Source: Mobula hypostoma
Lineage: Eukaryota
DNA length: 64,000 nt
Direction of reading: 5' to 3'
NCBI RefSeq assembly: GCF_963921235.1
Contig: NC_086106.1
Span: 20,894,001 to 20,958,000 of the forward strand
Below, piece by piece: positions 63,521 to 64,000 of the stretch (the first letter of the stretch is position 1; the number at the start of each line of letters is the position of its first letter). The notes below the pieces were generated by a model. It saw only the letters and a list, made by a program, of their open reading frames with translations, did no database searches and was not told where the DNA came from. Both the position numbers and the translations under genes were made by a program.

Positions 63521-64000
63521 TACCCGCAATTTATACACTGCCCTCGCAAACTTCATCACTCTTGCTCTCTGAATTTTCGGTCTTCCTATGGAACGCCCGC
63601 CACATCAGCCGCAATACCCACATTTCCGTTCCCAGAACAATTTCTGGTTTCAGGATCATAATTGCTAACGCCTCTAAACTCAGGTAGTCCGAGAGAACTT
63701 TAATAATACTGAGAGAGTAGGTGAAGATAGGTGGTAATCAGATAAGGAGTAGGTTCGAAATATTACCTCCTGTGTCACTACAGCTGCCCGGATATCTCTT
63801 CGAATAGCCTGATTTATTAGGTTATGCACGCTGTCGGATTCATCGCGCACTGCAATATCATGTCGGACTCCTGTGCTTAACCCACTCTGGAATGCAGTGA
63901 TGAGAGATCTCTCATTTCACACGGTTTCAACTGCAAGTGTACGGAAATTTCCGGCGTGGACTCTCACTGTGCCTGTCCCATGACGCAGGTCCAGGTGTCG

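Larger units (their letters stand above)
39168..64000. repeat. Tandem segmental duplication, copy B (right end outside the window)
   Basis: Collinear with 1-24066. The offset rises from 39167 to 39934 through indels. Confidence 0.97.

Overview
This is vertebrate, repeat-rich DNA from an antigen-receptor locus of a cartilaginous fish (inferred from the V families and TE content; batoid is only a weak guess). The window holds about 1.6 copies of a ~39.2-39.9 kb tandem unit (1-24066 matches 39168-64000). Each unit contains a large inverted duplication whose arms each carry an IgW-like leader-VH-RSS cassette followed ~0.4 kb later by one D-like segment. These are V1 (+, pseudogene) and V2 (-, intact in copy A, Cys23 lost in copy B). 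A unique ~13 kb stretch carries an intact stand-alone V (V3, -, 27797-29555) with mixed IgH and TCR/IgL features and no D. I found no J segment and no constant exon. All four D copies have a G at the cleavage-critical first base of the V-facing heptamer. The arrangement looks more like Ig-type V segments in a translocon (as known for the shark TCR alpha/delta locus) than a self-contained IgH cluster, but this is inference. The rest is decayed CR1, Rex1/Babar, RTE, L1 and Gypsy fragments, a SINE and small repeats. Most ORFs in the supplied track are spurious or TE debris. TE boundaries are approximate unless a junction is quoted.
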